DNA of 64,000 nt from Thecamonas trahens ATCC 50062 (lineage: Eukaryota > Protista > Apusomonadida): contig NW_013657610.1 of assembly GCF_000142905.1 (NCBI RefSeq), positions 1-64,000 of the forward strand, written 5' to 3'. The position numbers and the translations under genes are program-made. Positions 35,001-47,500 of this stretch are shown piece by piece; the stretch's first letter is position 1; the number at the start of each line of letters is the position of its first letter. The notes beneath the pieces are model-generated. The model had not been told where the DNA came from. It worked only from the letters and a program-made list of their open reading frames with translations, and made no database searches.

Positions 35001-38000
35001 CGCGCGCCGCGCGTGCTATTTTGGACGGGCTCTCATCGGTACCGGCCGGATGGGCCGAGCAGGACTTGCTTGAAAAGATGTGCAAGGTGCACAGCTCTGC
35101 CGAGACCCAGGCCGGGGCCCTGCCCGAGGCGGCAACCGGCAACGAGACTGTTGAATCGCAGCGTGAGATTGTGTCTGTGGCCAAGGCAACGTCTGGCTGG
35201 GTCATGGCACGCATGGAGGGATCGCTCAAGTGGAGCGCCGCCGTGGAGGCTATCTTTGGCGACGAGGCTCAAAAATCATCATTTGGCCAAGCAGGGGAGC
35301 TGGAAGCCGAGCTGGAAGCCGAGCTGGCTCGGATGGAGTACGAGATCCGCGCGCGACGCGAGGAGCAGGCCGAGGTGCGGGCAACAGCAGCTGCCGAGGA
35401 GGGTGGGAGCGAGGACCGCACTGTCAAGGCCAAGGCCAAGTCCAAAGCCAAGTCCAAGTCCAAAGCCAAGTCCAAGTCCAAAGCCAAGAGCAAGGCCAAG
35501 GCCGATGCGCCCATGGAGCTGTTCAAGGTGGCGGACGCGGACGCGCGGATTCGGCGGTTGGAGTGGCGCGTCGAGGCATTGGGGCGGGTGCTCCGGGTTG
35601 GGCGCGAGCTCAGCCCGCACGCCGAGAACAGCGCTGTGCTGGAGGCGCTGTGCGAAGTGGGCGAAGCGCTCAACGAGTTGTGCAAGGTGTACACACCTGT
35701 GAGTGCACAGCGTGGCGTTGTGCTTGCGCTTGTGGCGCAGATCACGCAGCAGCTGTCAACAGAGGACTTTGGTGACCTCGTAGAGGAGGTGATCGAGGCC
35801 GGACGCGTGTTTGAGAGCGGGGCCGTAAGCGCAGTCGAGTTTGTGTGGCTGCGGATGGCGCTGACGCTGGACACGCGGCGGACGCTGGGTGGGCTACTGG
35901 AGCGGCTGCAGATCGGTGTGAGCGAGTTTGGGCTGGACATTTCGTTCAAGCCGAACGTGACCGACTGGTTGTACGAGACAATGACGGACGAGGCCGCTGG
36001 AGTGCTTGCCAACAAGTTTGGCGTGCGAAATCGCGAGACGTTTACGATGGGCAACCTGTTCGGCGACGCGACCGGCTCGTTTGCGCGGTATGTCCTGAGC
36101 AGCGACTCGTATCACGACAAGGTGCCTGCGCGACCGGGTACGTTTGCGCTGAGCGACGAGGAGGTGGAAGAGCTGCAGAGCCACCTATGCCAGCTGTTTA
36201 CGCGGTGGAAGGTTGCCCTGACGGGGACGCCACTGGAGCTGGTGGCGTACGCGCTGCAGTACAAGTGGACGGCAGACTTGGGCTCAGAGATGGGCCAGGT
36301 GTGGATGAACTTTATGTCGGGACGGATGTTCGACTGGCTGCTGTACGAGGAGATGTTTGGCAAGGACGCGATGGGGCGGTGGCTCTACGCGCGCGAGGTG
36401 GAAGAGTACCTGCGGCTGTGTGACCGCGGAGCTGCCGGACGCGAGGAGGCTGTAGCGTTCTTCAGCAAGTGGATGGGCGGGATCAAGGGCTTCTCGTCGC
36501 GCAACAGCGCCCACGGCCGGGCTGGCAATGTGTACCTCTGGTTCCGTGGGATCATGGAAGACATGATAGCGGGCGACTACTTTTTCTGCTACTTTGACGA
36601 GGCTCGGGCCGAGGGCTTCAAGATCAAATCGATGCTGAAGACGCCCGTGCTCGAGCACGAGCTGTTGGGGCAGATGACGAAGCTGCTTGCGTCGTCGAAG
36701 CGTGCCAAACAGCTTGTGACGCACGCGGCGGTGGAGGCGGTGGGTCCTGTGGCACAGGTGGTGGTCATCAAGCTGCTGAGGCAGTTCCTCCGCAAAGTTG
36801 TGTTGGGCAAGCTGAAGGATGCGCTGCGCCGTGTGGACGCGCGTGTGCTGGAGGAGGTGATGGCCCAGGTTGTGGCTGCCGTCCGAACGTCGCCACTGGC
36901 CAAGCTGGCAGGTGTCTTTGAGGGACTGTCGGGCGGCAAGGTGCGCGCGATTGTGGGCGCCTTCTTTTCTGCCTTTGCCGACGCGTTCCTCCGGGCGCTC
37001 GAGGCAGACATGGGCAAGATGACAGTGTTCGGCTCGCAGATTGTGGTCAGCTTTGTCGAGGCGCGGCGGAGTGGCGTATCTGTTCCCGAGCTGCTGGCGC
37101 TTGTGGAGGCGAACCTGGGCATGATCGTGGACATTGTGAAGGAGGTCGACATGGAGGTGTTCATGTCGAGTGTGGTCGGCGAGCTTGTGGAAGCGCTCAT
37201 TCCGGGGCGCGTCCTTGTCTCGCTCCGCAAGCTCGGCGCGACATGGTCCAAGTCGGACTCGGAGGCGGCGACGCTCGGTGAAGGAAGCTCGAGCGGGTGC
37301 TGCGGATGCAGAGGAGGTGGGAGCCTTACTGCAGAGATCGACGACGACGACGGCGACGGCGAGGTCGGTGAAGAAGACAACGGGGCCGTGGACTTTGGCG
37401 AGCTTGTGGAGGCGCTGGCAGAGCTTGTGGGCGAACTGGTGACCGAGAGCGACTTTGGCGAGCTGCTGAGCAAGCTCAAGGGCGTTCTGGGTGTGCCTGC
37501 CATGGCTGTGGTCATGGACGGCTACCGGAGGCGCGGGCTGGACTACGGCGGCAGCGTCGTGGCCAAGTTCTACACGCGGGTGTTTGAGCGTGCCGGTGTT
37601 GGCTCTATGGCGTATGACGAGCTGGTGGAGATGAGCGAGCGTGCAGAGAGCGGCAGCGGAGCATCGTATGTGGCGATTGTGGACCGGCTGCTGAAGGCGT
37701 CGGAAGGCGGGGACGAGGAGAAGGACGCCACCGACGCAGAGAATGCTTACGACGCCGACGAAGAAGGCGAGGAGGAGGAGGAAGGGAAGAGGAAGACTCG
37801 CTTGTCAAGGCGAGCATGGAAGAGGCGTTGAGCAAGCTGGCGCCGAAGCGGATTGCGAAGGCTGTGGCGCAGGCCGAGGGCGAGACCGAACTGCTGGGAC
37901 AGTTCCTGCGGGAGCTTGTGGGGCTGGCCAAGGTCATCACGTCGCGGAGCGAGGGCGGAGCCGACGGAGCAAGGGCTGGCAACGGCGACGAGGGTGGCGA

Positions 38001-41000
38001 CGATGCAGATGGTCGGTCCAGTCGGTCGATGTCGCAATCTGTACATGCGCTCGCGGAAGTGATGCACAACATGGTGTCATGGCGGGAGCTGGGCAAGGAG
38101 ATGGTCGTCGAAGCAATGACCGGCGTGGAGCGCAAGTTCAACGCCGAGATCTGGCCAGAGTTTGCGGGGCGTCTGCGGACGCAGGTTGCCGAGGCGCTAG
38201 AGGCGCTGGAAGACGCTGAAGACGAGGACGATGAGCTGGAGACGGCGCGCGAGACCGTGACTTCAGTGCAGACGAGCCTGTTTGGGTACCTGGAGGTGGT
38301 GGCACAGGTCATGGTGGCATCGACCGAGAGCGGCGAGGTAGAGCTCGCGCTTGTGCGTTCGCTGTATGCCGATGGCGAGAGCGGGTCCATCTCGAACATG
38401 GTGTCTGGCAAGCGTGGCGGAGGCTGGGACGTGCTGGGCGTGCTCGGGACGGTGTTCCCGCTGCTGGGACAATCGCTTGCGGTGCTGAGCGAGGGTGTGC
38501 CTGGGGCGGATGAGTACTTTGCCCAGCGGAACGACGGGTTTGGTCTTCGTGTGCTTCAGGTGCTCAACGAGTGCCGCGTCGACACGGGGCGGCTGCTGAG
38601 CTCTGGGCACGAGTCTGAGGCATTCGAGTTTGCGGACGTGAGTGGGGCATCTGGAGCATGGGAGCAGGTTGTTGTGGATGCCATCAAGGCTGTGTTCTTC
38701 CCGTTCTCTGAGTCTCTTGGCCCGCGCGGGTTCGACATTGAGCAGAGCGCGAGCGAGGTGCTCGGCGATTTGGAAGAGCGGATGCTGGACTTGCTTGACT
38801 TTGTGCAGCAGACGCTGCGCGGGTTCTGGCGGAGCGCTGTTGCTGCGGTGGACGAAGACCAAAGCCTGGGTGCCCAGCTGGCCAAGCGGGCGTGGGCGGT
38901 TGTTGGCGAGGAGCTGCGGCGACTTGCGGTGACCGGGCGGGAGGTGCGGCGGATGGGACGTGAGGTACGTGGACGTCTGGAGTTTGCGTCGACCGAGGTG
39001 ATGGAGCGTGTTGGCGGAAGCGTGGAGGAGGTGATGCGGTACGACGAGGCGATGCCTGCGGCACTGGAGGCGTACCAAGAGGCCGAGGGCGCGTATACGG
39101 CCGCCAAAGATCTCGTGGAAGGGCTGCTGGGCGAAGTGAGCGACTACGTGTTTGGTGAGCTGCTACCCGGGCTTGTGGGCGAGGTCTTTGACCTTGTCCT
39201 CATTCCGACGTCTGCAGCGACGGCGTCGTGGAAGGCTGTGCTGCCACTTGTTCTCGAGTTTGTGCAAGAGCTTGTGAGTGCGTCGCCGCTTGTGCTTGTG
39301 AACCAGATCCTTGGGCTTGCAGCGAGCAAGGTTGTGGACGGGCTGCACTCGCAGGAGGCGATGGTGCTCTCTGTGCTGCGATCGCTGCGGCTGCGGCTGC
39401 AGGGGCTCGTGCGGCAGCCGCGGTCTGTGTGGCGCGGCGTTCAGGCTGTGGGCGGCCTACTCGAGTCGGGCGCCGACGGCGACGTTGTGCTGCGGCGCGT
39501 GTTTGCCTGGGTTGACGTGCGCGGCCTGATGCAGGCGCTCGCTGCAGAGCTTTGCTCGCTGGTTGTGGCGCCGCACAAGGTGCTGCTCGGCGGGCTTGTC
39601 TCGCCGCTCGCGGCTGCGGCTGCGAGCCAAACGGAGGCGCTGCTGGAGCTGCAGGGGCAGCTGCTGAGGCAAGCGCCCGATGTGTGGAGCGAGGTTGGCG
39701 AGATTGTCAAGCGCGCTGCGATGGTCGGCCTCTCGCGCGAGACGCTTGTGTCCGGCATCCAGGGCCATGTGGTAGGCGTGGCCAACGACCAGGGATGGGA
39801 TGCCGAGGAGGGCCTTGTGCTCAACTACTTTTACGTGTTTGACCAGGTCCACGACGGCGTGCTCAAGCTGATGAAGAGCAAGTTTGTGATGCGGGTGGAG
39901 AATGCTGTGGCGCGTGCGCGGGAGCAAGCGCCTGCGGCTGTGGAACAGTTTGTGCTCCGGCTTGTGCTTGGGTGGCTGGAGGGCGGAGGGAGCGAGACGT
40001 CGCTCCGCGGCTTCCTGGAAGGCGCGACCGAGAACGTGGTGACGTTTGTGTCGCAGGTCGAGGGCCTGGCAGAGGAGCTGCTTGTGGGCTTTCTGGAGTC
40101 TGCAGGCGAGGCGCTGGTCGAGTACGCAACCGAGACGCTGCTGGCCGGTATCGGGCAGGCTGCGCTTCGGAACGTGAGCGTTGTGGCGCAGCAGAACGCG
40201 AGCGTGGTCTCGTTGCGAAAGCTGTTCAACGCCATGCACGACCGAGTGCGGGACGTGGTGAAAGAGATGCTGCAGCACGAGGCGCTTGAGGATGTCCTGG
40301 CCAGCGGCGAGGATGTGGCCAGCTGGCTGGAGCCTGTGTATGGCTGGATGGCCGACGGCGGACTAGAGACGTTTGTCGGTGGCTCGCCGGACGCCGAGGA
40401 TGACGAGGACGTGGTCGATCAAGTGCTGCGGCTGTGTAAGGAGGCGAGCGGCGGCGGACAAGGTGGCAGCAAGGTCAACGAGGTGCTCGCGGCTGTGGTG
40501 AGCGGGCTCCGGGCCGCGGTGGAGGACGCGATGGAGGAGGGAAGCGAAGGCGTGTTTGTCATGGCGGCGCGAGCTCTGGAGGACGGCGTGCTGCAGAGCC
40601 TGAAGGACGGTGGCGAGGCCGGCGGCGCTGCGATGATGAGCCGGCTGATGGCGATTGTGGCCAAGGGCATGGAGGCTGTTGCGTCGCGGCGGAGCGAGGA
40701 TGTGCTGGCGCTGCGGCGGTCGGGCGAGCGCGTGGACGAAGCCGTCGAGGTACTCGGAGGCGAGCTCTCCGAGTCGATCGGTGAGGACTACTACGAGCGT
40801 GCGTTTGTGGCGTCGTACGTGCTGGATGTTGTGTGCGAGCCTGTGCTGCGGATGATGGTGTCGTCAACCAGTCCGGCGGCGATGCTGACGAGTCTTGTGG
40901 CGGCGCGAAAGAGCAGGAGCGCGCAGATTGTGGTGAAGAGCTGGCCAAGAATTGTGGCGCAGTTTGCTCAGCGTGTGCTGTCCGAGGTAGGCGGCGCCGA

Positions 41001-42357
41001 CGGCGACGATGAGAGCGGCGGCGAGGGGCGGCGGTGGAGACCGCTGGATTTTGTGCGGTCGTTCTTTGGCGACGACGTGGGCAGGGCGGCGATCAAGGTG
41101 GAGACGATGGAGGCCGTGGCGCGCGCGTCGGGCAAGTGGGTGTCGCAAGTGGTGGCGCCCGTGGCCAAGTCTGGCGCCGGGGCCAACAAGGCTGCTGGGG
41201 CAGGCGGAGCGTCGCTTGTGGCGCGCGGGCTCGGACTCCGTGGGCTCGGGGTGCAGGCGTACGTCGAGGGCGTGGTGGACGGTGTTCTGCTCAACGGGCC
41301 GCTAGGCCCGGTCTTTGCGCCACGGTCCGGTGTGATCAAGGCTGCAGTCGCCGGGCTCGATGAGAGCATGGCCGAGCGGAAGCTCGGGCAGCTCATCGGC
41401 GAGCTTGTTGCGGCGAGTGCACGCAAGGCGGCAGAGGGCTCTGAAGAGGCGCTGGTGTACCTCGTGCGGTTCCTGGCAGCGCCGGAGCTCGGCCCGCGAT
41501 TTGTGGAAGCGCTGCTTGTGGGCGCGAGCGTGGGCATTGCGAGCGTGCAGGAGGCGGTTGCGAGCGTTGTGGCGTGGGCGCGGCTGATGGTGAAGAAGGG
41601 CGCCGGGAAGCGAGGCGAGGTGGTTGCAGCGCTTGTGGGCCAGTGGCGGGCGCTCCTCGCCGAGGTCCCCGCCCTGGCCAAGAAGGAGATGGAGTCTGGC
41701 GGAAGCGTGCTCGAGTCCGAAGTCCTTGCGCCGTACCGAGAGGTTGCGGAGGAGCTTGTGGGCAAGATCCTGAGCAACTCGCAGTCCACCATCCGGACGC
41801 TCAACTCTGTGCTCGGCAAAACGACGCAGGTTGTGGAGGGAGGGAAGCGGATGCTGTCGTCTGTAGACGAGAAGCTCAACCGTGGCTTTGCGGTGATTGT
41901 GGACGATGTGGTGGCCGAGGTGAAGAGCCAGACTGCGGGGCGGTCGTCGACTGTGGAGGAGAGCGAGCTGCGTGACAAGTGCGCAGATGCGACAAGCGTG
42001 GCGATGAAGCAGCGGGTGAAGAGCGTGTTTGGCGTGAGCGACACGCAGCTTGCAGTGAGTCTCGGCGTGGCCGTCCTCCTCCTGGCCATCATTCTCGCCT
42101 TTATCTTCCTCGGTGTGAGCGCGTTCCGCGGCGGTGGCGCGGCGACAGCGCTCATCAACTCGATCCTGGTGGTGGTGGGTGGGTTCGGGACGAGCGCCGG
42201 TAACTCGAAGAGCGGCAGCGGCGTGTTCCGCATGGTCATGCCCAAAATCCAGGCCTTCCTCGAGACGTGGGTGGGCAAGGCGATGGTGGGCGGGCTGGTG
42301 AAGGAGATTGCCGGCGAGGTGGTGGTGGAGATGGTGCGGGACGACGCGCTGCTGTGA
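23030..42357 (+). CDS. Giant (~6,400 aa) multi-pass membrane protein with SAM-like domains and a very long helical region; four frame breaks in this assembly
   Basis: Five overlapping frames with continuous codon bias join at ~23255, ~26245, ~33145 and ~37785, all -1. Hydrophobic helices at ~23165-23230, ~24515-24600, ~24970-25360 (about five) and ~42050-42190 (two). SAM-like FSPLDVRNWL...LSGPALLSLT at ~26000-26190. Confidence 0.75.
23234..23282 (+). mobile_element. Putative ultra-truncated retroposition footprint: GCT+A12 flanked by a 17-bp target-site duplication
   Basis: ccggccgccaccgccgc at 23234-23250 and 23266-23282 flanks gctaaaaaaaaaaaa; removing 32 bp restores the frame (VRPAATAAGAPALTLAVS). 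Confidence 0.65.
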
Positions 42358-42454
42358 GTCGCGTCCCAGCCCCGCAGACCTTGCCCGGCTCGGCACTGCC
42401 GATGTCAGCCACAGTGGTAAACAATGAGCAAAGTGCAGGCGGGCAGGCGGACCG

Positions 42455-43790
42455 TCATGTGCCCAGCCGGGCAAGGGCGCCGTCGACAAGATCGAGGAGA
42501 CGGACGTCGCCAAAGCGGCCGTGCTTCCGGATGATAAAGGCGCGGAGCTGGCGGAGGCGGTGGAGGTCGGCGAGCGACTCCAAGGTGCGGGCGACGACGG
42601 CCCAGTGCTTGCAGCGGGTGGCGAGCTTGATGCGGGCCTCTGGGTCAGCGATGAGGCCAAGGAAGTAGTCGACGAGGTCGGGCGGGGCGTCGTGGGCGAC
42701 GGCGGCGGCGACAAAGGGCTCCCAGCCGATGACCGACTTGGGCTTGCGGCGGCGAGCCTTGGCCGGGTTTTTGGCGAGTGCCTTGCGGGCGGCGTGGTAG
42801 TCGGCGCCGGCCCAGGCCAGGCTCCGCAGCAGCTCCCAGTCGCCGATCTGTGCGGCGGCAAGGGCCGACTTGCGCATGTAGGCCGCCGGCGAGAGGGCGA
42901 GGGCGGCAGCCAAGGCGCGCGGCGAGGCGACCGAGTCGTCGGGCGCGGCGCGGTGGTAGAAGAGCAGGTAGTGGGCAGTGGCGTAGACAGAGCGGCCAAG
43001 GAGCGGGCGCGGTGGGAAGCGGAGCAGAATGGGCGGCGGGTTGCTGCCAGCGGCGGCGGCAGCATCCATCTTCTGGACCTTGGCCTGGATGCGGAGGAGC
43101 GCAATCTGAGCAGCGATAGACGAGCGGAGGAAGCCGCGCGGCGACTCGCGGGCGGCCGGATCAGCAGCAGCCTTTGCAGCAGCCTCCAGCGCCGGCAGGC
43201 GGCGATCGGGCGGGGCGGCCAGAGCAGCGCGGAGGAGGGCCCATGCCGAGGCCGGCGGTGGGAGCAGGGCGCGGGTGGCGGCAATCAGCTCCGGGTACGC
43301 GCCAACGGCGCGGAGATGGGCCAGGTAGTAGGGGACGGCTGCAGGAGCGGCAGCGAGCATATCGTAGAACGCCGCCGCCGTCAACGACGCCCGCTCCCCA
43401 GCCAGCACATCGATCACAGCATGACCGGCACAGCGATCAGCCAGAGCGGTGAGCAGCGCAGCCTTTGCCGCCGGCGACGGCAGAGCGCGAAGAGCAAGCG
43501 GAGCGCCCGCCAAGACCGCCGCCACCGCCGCCGGCACCGGATTGGGAGTGGCCGCAGAGGCCGAGGCGGAGCGAGACGAGGCGGAGCGAGAGGAGGCGGA
43601 GCGAGACGAGGCGGAGCGAGACGAGGCGGAGCGAGACGAGGCGGAGCGAGACGAGGCGGATCGGAGGCGTGTGCGGAGGGCGGTGATGGTGGCATCACGG
43701 GCAGAGAGGTCTGCGGTGAGGGCGGTGATGGTGGCATGGCGTGCGGAGAGGTCTGCGGTGAGGGCGGTGATGGTGGCGAGGGCCGAGGCG
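42455..43790 (-). CDS. VIPAS39: SPE-39/VIPAS39 (VPS16B)-like protein; 5' end unresolved in low-complexity DNA
   Basis: Ordered motifs recalled from animal VIPAS39: QIALLRIQ, TAHYLLFYH...SP..L, A..GDW, KSVIGWEPFV...HDAPPDLVDYFLGLI.D.E.RIKLATRCKHWAVV..L..L.D. N-terminal part has 15-bp (SASSR) and 42-bp (ATITALTADLSAR) tandem repeats. Confidence 0.8.
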
Positions 43791-43794
43791 AGGG

Positions 43795-44548
43795 CAGGGC
43801 AGGGGGAGGAGGGGGAGCATTGGAGGGGGAGGGGGGGAGGGGGAGGGGGGGAGGGGAGGGGGGAGGGGAGGGGGTGGCGAAGGGGTTGAGGGCTGTGGAG
43901 GGGGGAGGGGGGGTGGGGGTGGGGGTGGGGGTGGCGAAGGGGTTCATGTCGTGGAGGGGTGACAGGTGACGGGGTGGGAGGGGAGGGGAGGGGGGGTGGG
44001 AGGGGAGGGGAGGGGGGGATCATGGTCAGTGTGACTGATGCCATCATGGTCATGGTCATGGTGGTCATGGTGGTCATGGTGGTCATGGTGGTCATGGTGG
44101 TCATCATGGTCATGGTGGTCATCATGGTCATGGTCATCATGGTCATGGTGGTCATCATGGTCATGGTGGTCATCATGGTCATGGTCATCATGGTCATGGT
44201 GGTCATCATGGTCATGGTGGTCATCATGGTCATCGTCATCATAGTCATGGTGGTCATCATGGTGGTCATCATGGTCATCATGGTCATCATGGTCATCATG
44301 GTCATGGTCATCATGGTCATCATGGTCATGGTCATCATGGTCATCATGGTCATCATGGTCATGGTGTCATCATGGTCATGGTCATCATGGTCATGGTGGT
44401 CATCATGGTCATGGTGGTCATCGTCATTGTCATCGTCATTGTCATCGTCATCATGGTCATCGTCATCATGGTCGTCACCATCATCACCACCACCACCATA
44501 CCCCCCCCCCCCCCCACCACCACCACTCCCCCCCACTCCCACCATCTC

Positions 44549-44590
<42 letters not shown>

Positions 44591-44592
44591 GG
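43795..44592. repeat. Composite element: G-tracts, (CAT/GGT)n satellite, C-tracts, (CAT)n
   Basis: G-runs 43795-44020, CATGGT-based array ~44040-44470, C-runs ~44490-44545, (CAT)n ~44550-44590. Confidence 0.95.
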
Positions 44593-47500
44593 CTACATAC
44601 GGTCGATGTCGGACACCTCGCTCTTGTCGACCCGGCCCTCGGCTCGTCGCCGGAGGTAGAGCGCAGATCGCCAGGCCACAACGCCAACGCTGACGATGAT
44701 GACAAACGAGAGGAGGACGTTGCGCTGGATAGTCGACTTGCCGCCGTCAAGGCCGTCCGAGTCGGCAAAGATGACGAGCTGGACCGACGAGCCGATGCCG
44801 ATGGTCAGCTGGAAGAGGTTGTTGTGCGTGCTCTTGAAGGGCCAGAAGAGGCTGATGAGGACAACGTTGACCAGTAGGCTGAGGCCGACCACCATGATCC
44901 GCACCGACGTGCCCGCGATGAGCACCGTCTCGAGCACAAGGACCACGCTCGTCACCAGCGTCGCCACGCGGAACCAGAACACGCCCGGCTGCAGGCCACG
45001 GACCAGAAAGGCAAACGCGCCGCCCTTGAGCTCGGCCATCGCCTCGGCGTTTGCCCCGTACGCCCGATACATCAGCCAGAGCACCACCACCGGGAACGCC
45101 ACCAAGTACATCGCCGCGAGCAGGATGGCCACAGCAAGCGTCGCCGTGTGTGCGCCCTGGAAGCACTCGGTCGAGAGCTCCACCGCGAGCCGTGCAGATC
45201 CGTTCACCGTCGTGCAGTGGAAGGCGTTGATGACCCGGAGCGTGATCTGGAGGTACACCGCCGCCAGGAGCATCACAATCGACACCCGTGCCCGTCGCGC
45301 CCATCGCTCGCCTCTCGTCCGCGGCTCGGTCTCGTCCTCGCCGCTTGTCAGCGACTCGATGTCGTCCACGGTCTTCGCCGGCACGATGCTGCTCGCGCGC
45401 GACGAGCTCCCACTGCTGCTGCCGCCGCTACTGCCGCTGGAGCTGCTAGAGCTGGAGCTCATCGATTTGCTTGGCATGCTCGCCGTCGATGAGCTGGTCG
45501 CGGTCGATGCCGAGCCTGTCTCCTCCTCCTCCTCCTCATCCTTATCCTCATCCTCATCCTTCTCGCCGCTCTCCGTGCTGGCCATGCTCTCCATCACCAC
45601 GCCGGTCATGGCATCGTCGTTGCCCGAGCCATCGCCCGCCTCTGGCGTCTTGGACTTGTTGCGGCGGAGGACAAGGCGATGGCCGATGACGGCGTAGACC
45701 CAGGCGGCGGCGACAAAGAGGACGGCGGCGAGGGCGACGAGGACCAGGGTGCCCCAGAAGAGACGGGCAAAGTTGGATGAGCCGGCGCTGGCAAAGTAGC
45801 AGTTTGGCTTGACAAACTCGACGTCAAAGAGGATGAAGGAGAGCGCGCGGAAGATGTCCGAGAGCGTCTTGCCCGCATCGCCCGAGATCCGCGCACTCGT
45901 AGTCCTCCCCACAAACACAAACTGCTGCAGCGAGAGGACGATCGAGACAAACGACGACATGCGGACGACCGAGAGGAGCGCCACCGCGAGGGTGACCAGG
46001 CCGATGAGGATGAGCGCCGCCAGAACCAGGACGGCGAGCTCGGCCGTATCGCCCCGCTCGCACGCCCGGCACACCCCGGCGTCCGAGTAGAAGTCAGGCT
46101 CGCGGCATTCGGCACAGTACCGGCCGGTGTAGCCAAGATCCTCGTCACATCGCGCCGTGACTCGCGCGCCTGAGTCGTGCAGCACCACAGGGCAAGCCGC
46201 CACCGCGCCCATGGCGCCACAGCACGCCTCCTCCAGCGTGCATCGCCCGGGCGCGTTCCGCTCGCTCGGCGACCAGTAGCCGCGGAGTGGCCAGATGCGG
46301 ACGCCGCCGGGGCAGTACCCGCCCTCGGGGCACGACTTACACTGCCCATCGGCATAGTACTGACCGATGCGGACGCAGTCGGCCGCAACCGCGCCCGACA
46401 AGTCGACGTAGACCAGGCCGGTCAGCGAGATCGACGTCGCCGACACGTTGAGCGTAATCGACGGATAGCCGTCGCCGAGGCCTCCGGGCACGTCAAACTG
46501 GACCGATGTGTCGGTCACCACCAGCGCCCGTGCCGATGACATCTCCACCTTGGTCACGTTGCCGTTGATGGACACTGAGACGTCGCCGTCGCGGAAGCCC
46601 TCGCCGCCCACCACCACCGTCCCGCCCTGCGGACCGAGGATGCAGCCGGAGACGCATCCGTCGATGCGGACGCGGACAAAGGCCCGCTCCGTCGGTGCCC
46701 CGCCGCGCGCCAGCGAGCACGGCGCAGGCTCGACACGATTACCGATGCCAAAGGCGCCGGCGTCGATCGTCGGGTTCGCCGCCCCGCGGTCTGCATCCAG
46801 CAACGCGTTGAGCGGCGAGGACAGGTTGGCCACCGCGCTGGTGGCGAGATTGTGGACGATGATGCCGTGGGTCACCGTCGCGCTGCCTGGTGTCGCGCTA
46901 GCTGCCCGGCCCGAGGCCAAGAGGCACCCGTAGCACGCCCGATTTTGCCGGACGGTGGTGTTGGTCATGACGAGCGCGCCGGGAGCCGTCCAGCCCATAG
47001 CCAGCTCGGCCGTCGTGAGCTCGGCGATGTAGATCGTGCCGTTGCGCGCCGAGTTGGACGTCAGCGCCGATGACGCCACGTTGACGGTGGCGCCGAGGCC
47101 GACCGCCACCGCCGAGCCGAGGCTCGCCACATTGTCGGTGACAGTGAGATCGGCGAGGGAGACGTCGGCGTTGGTGGCAAAGATGCCGCCGCCGAGCTCG
47201 GCGGCAAAGCCGCTGACACTCCCGCCGGACCACACCACGTCGACCCGGCCCACACCCGGCGGCGCGCCGATGTACACACCGCCGCCAGCGGCCACAGACT
47301 CGCGATCGGGACGGGCGGTCAGGACGCCGTTGTTGATGGAGATCCGCGCGCCCACCGCCGCCAACGTCAGCGCCTGGCCCGAGCTCGCTGCGCCGGCCGA
47401 GACGTTGCAGTTGGAGAGCGAGAGACCGTTGAAGACGACCGGACCGGAGAGGGTGCCGTTGACGACGACGCAGCCGCCTGATGTGGCCAGTGCCGATCCC

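Noticed and set aside
35426-35500. KAKSKS repeat as a separate DNA-binding module
   Set aside because: Short low-complexity expansion inside the giant ORF; no evidence of independent function.
43959-44693. Poly-Met/Val/His/Asp ORFs over the CAT/GGT satellite (also 57330-58250 and 20102-20826)
   Set aside because: Stop-free frames are a by-product of triplet repeats; no domain content.
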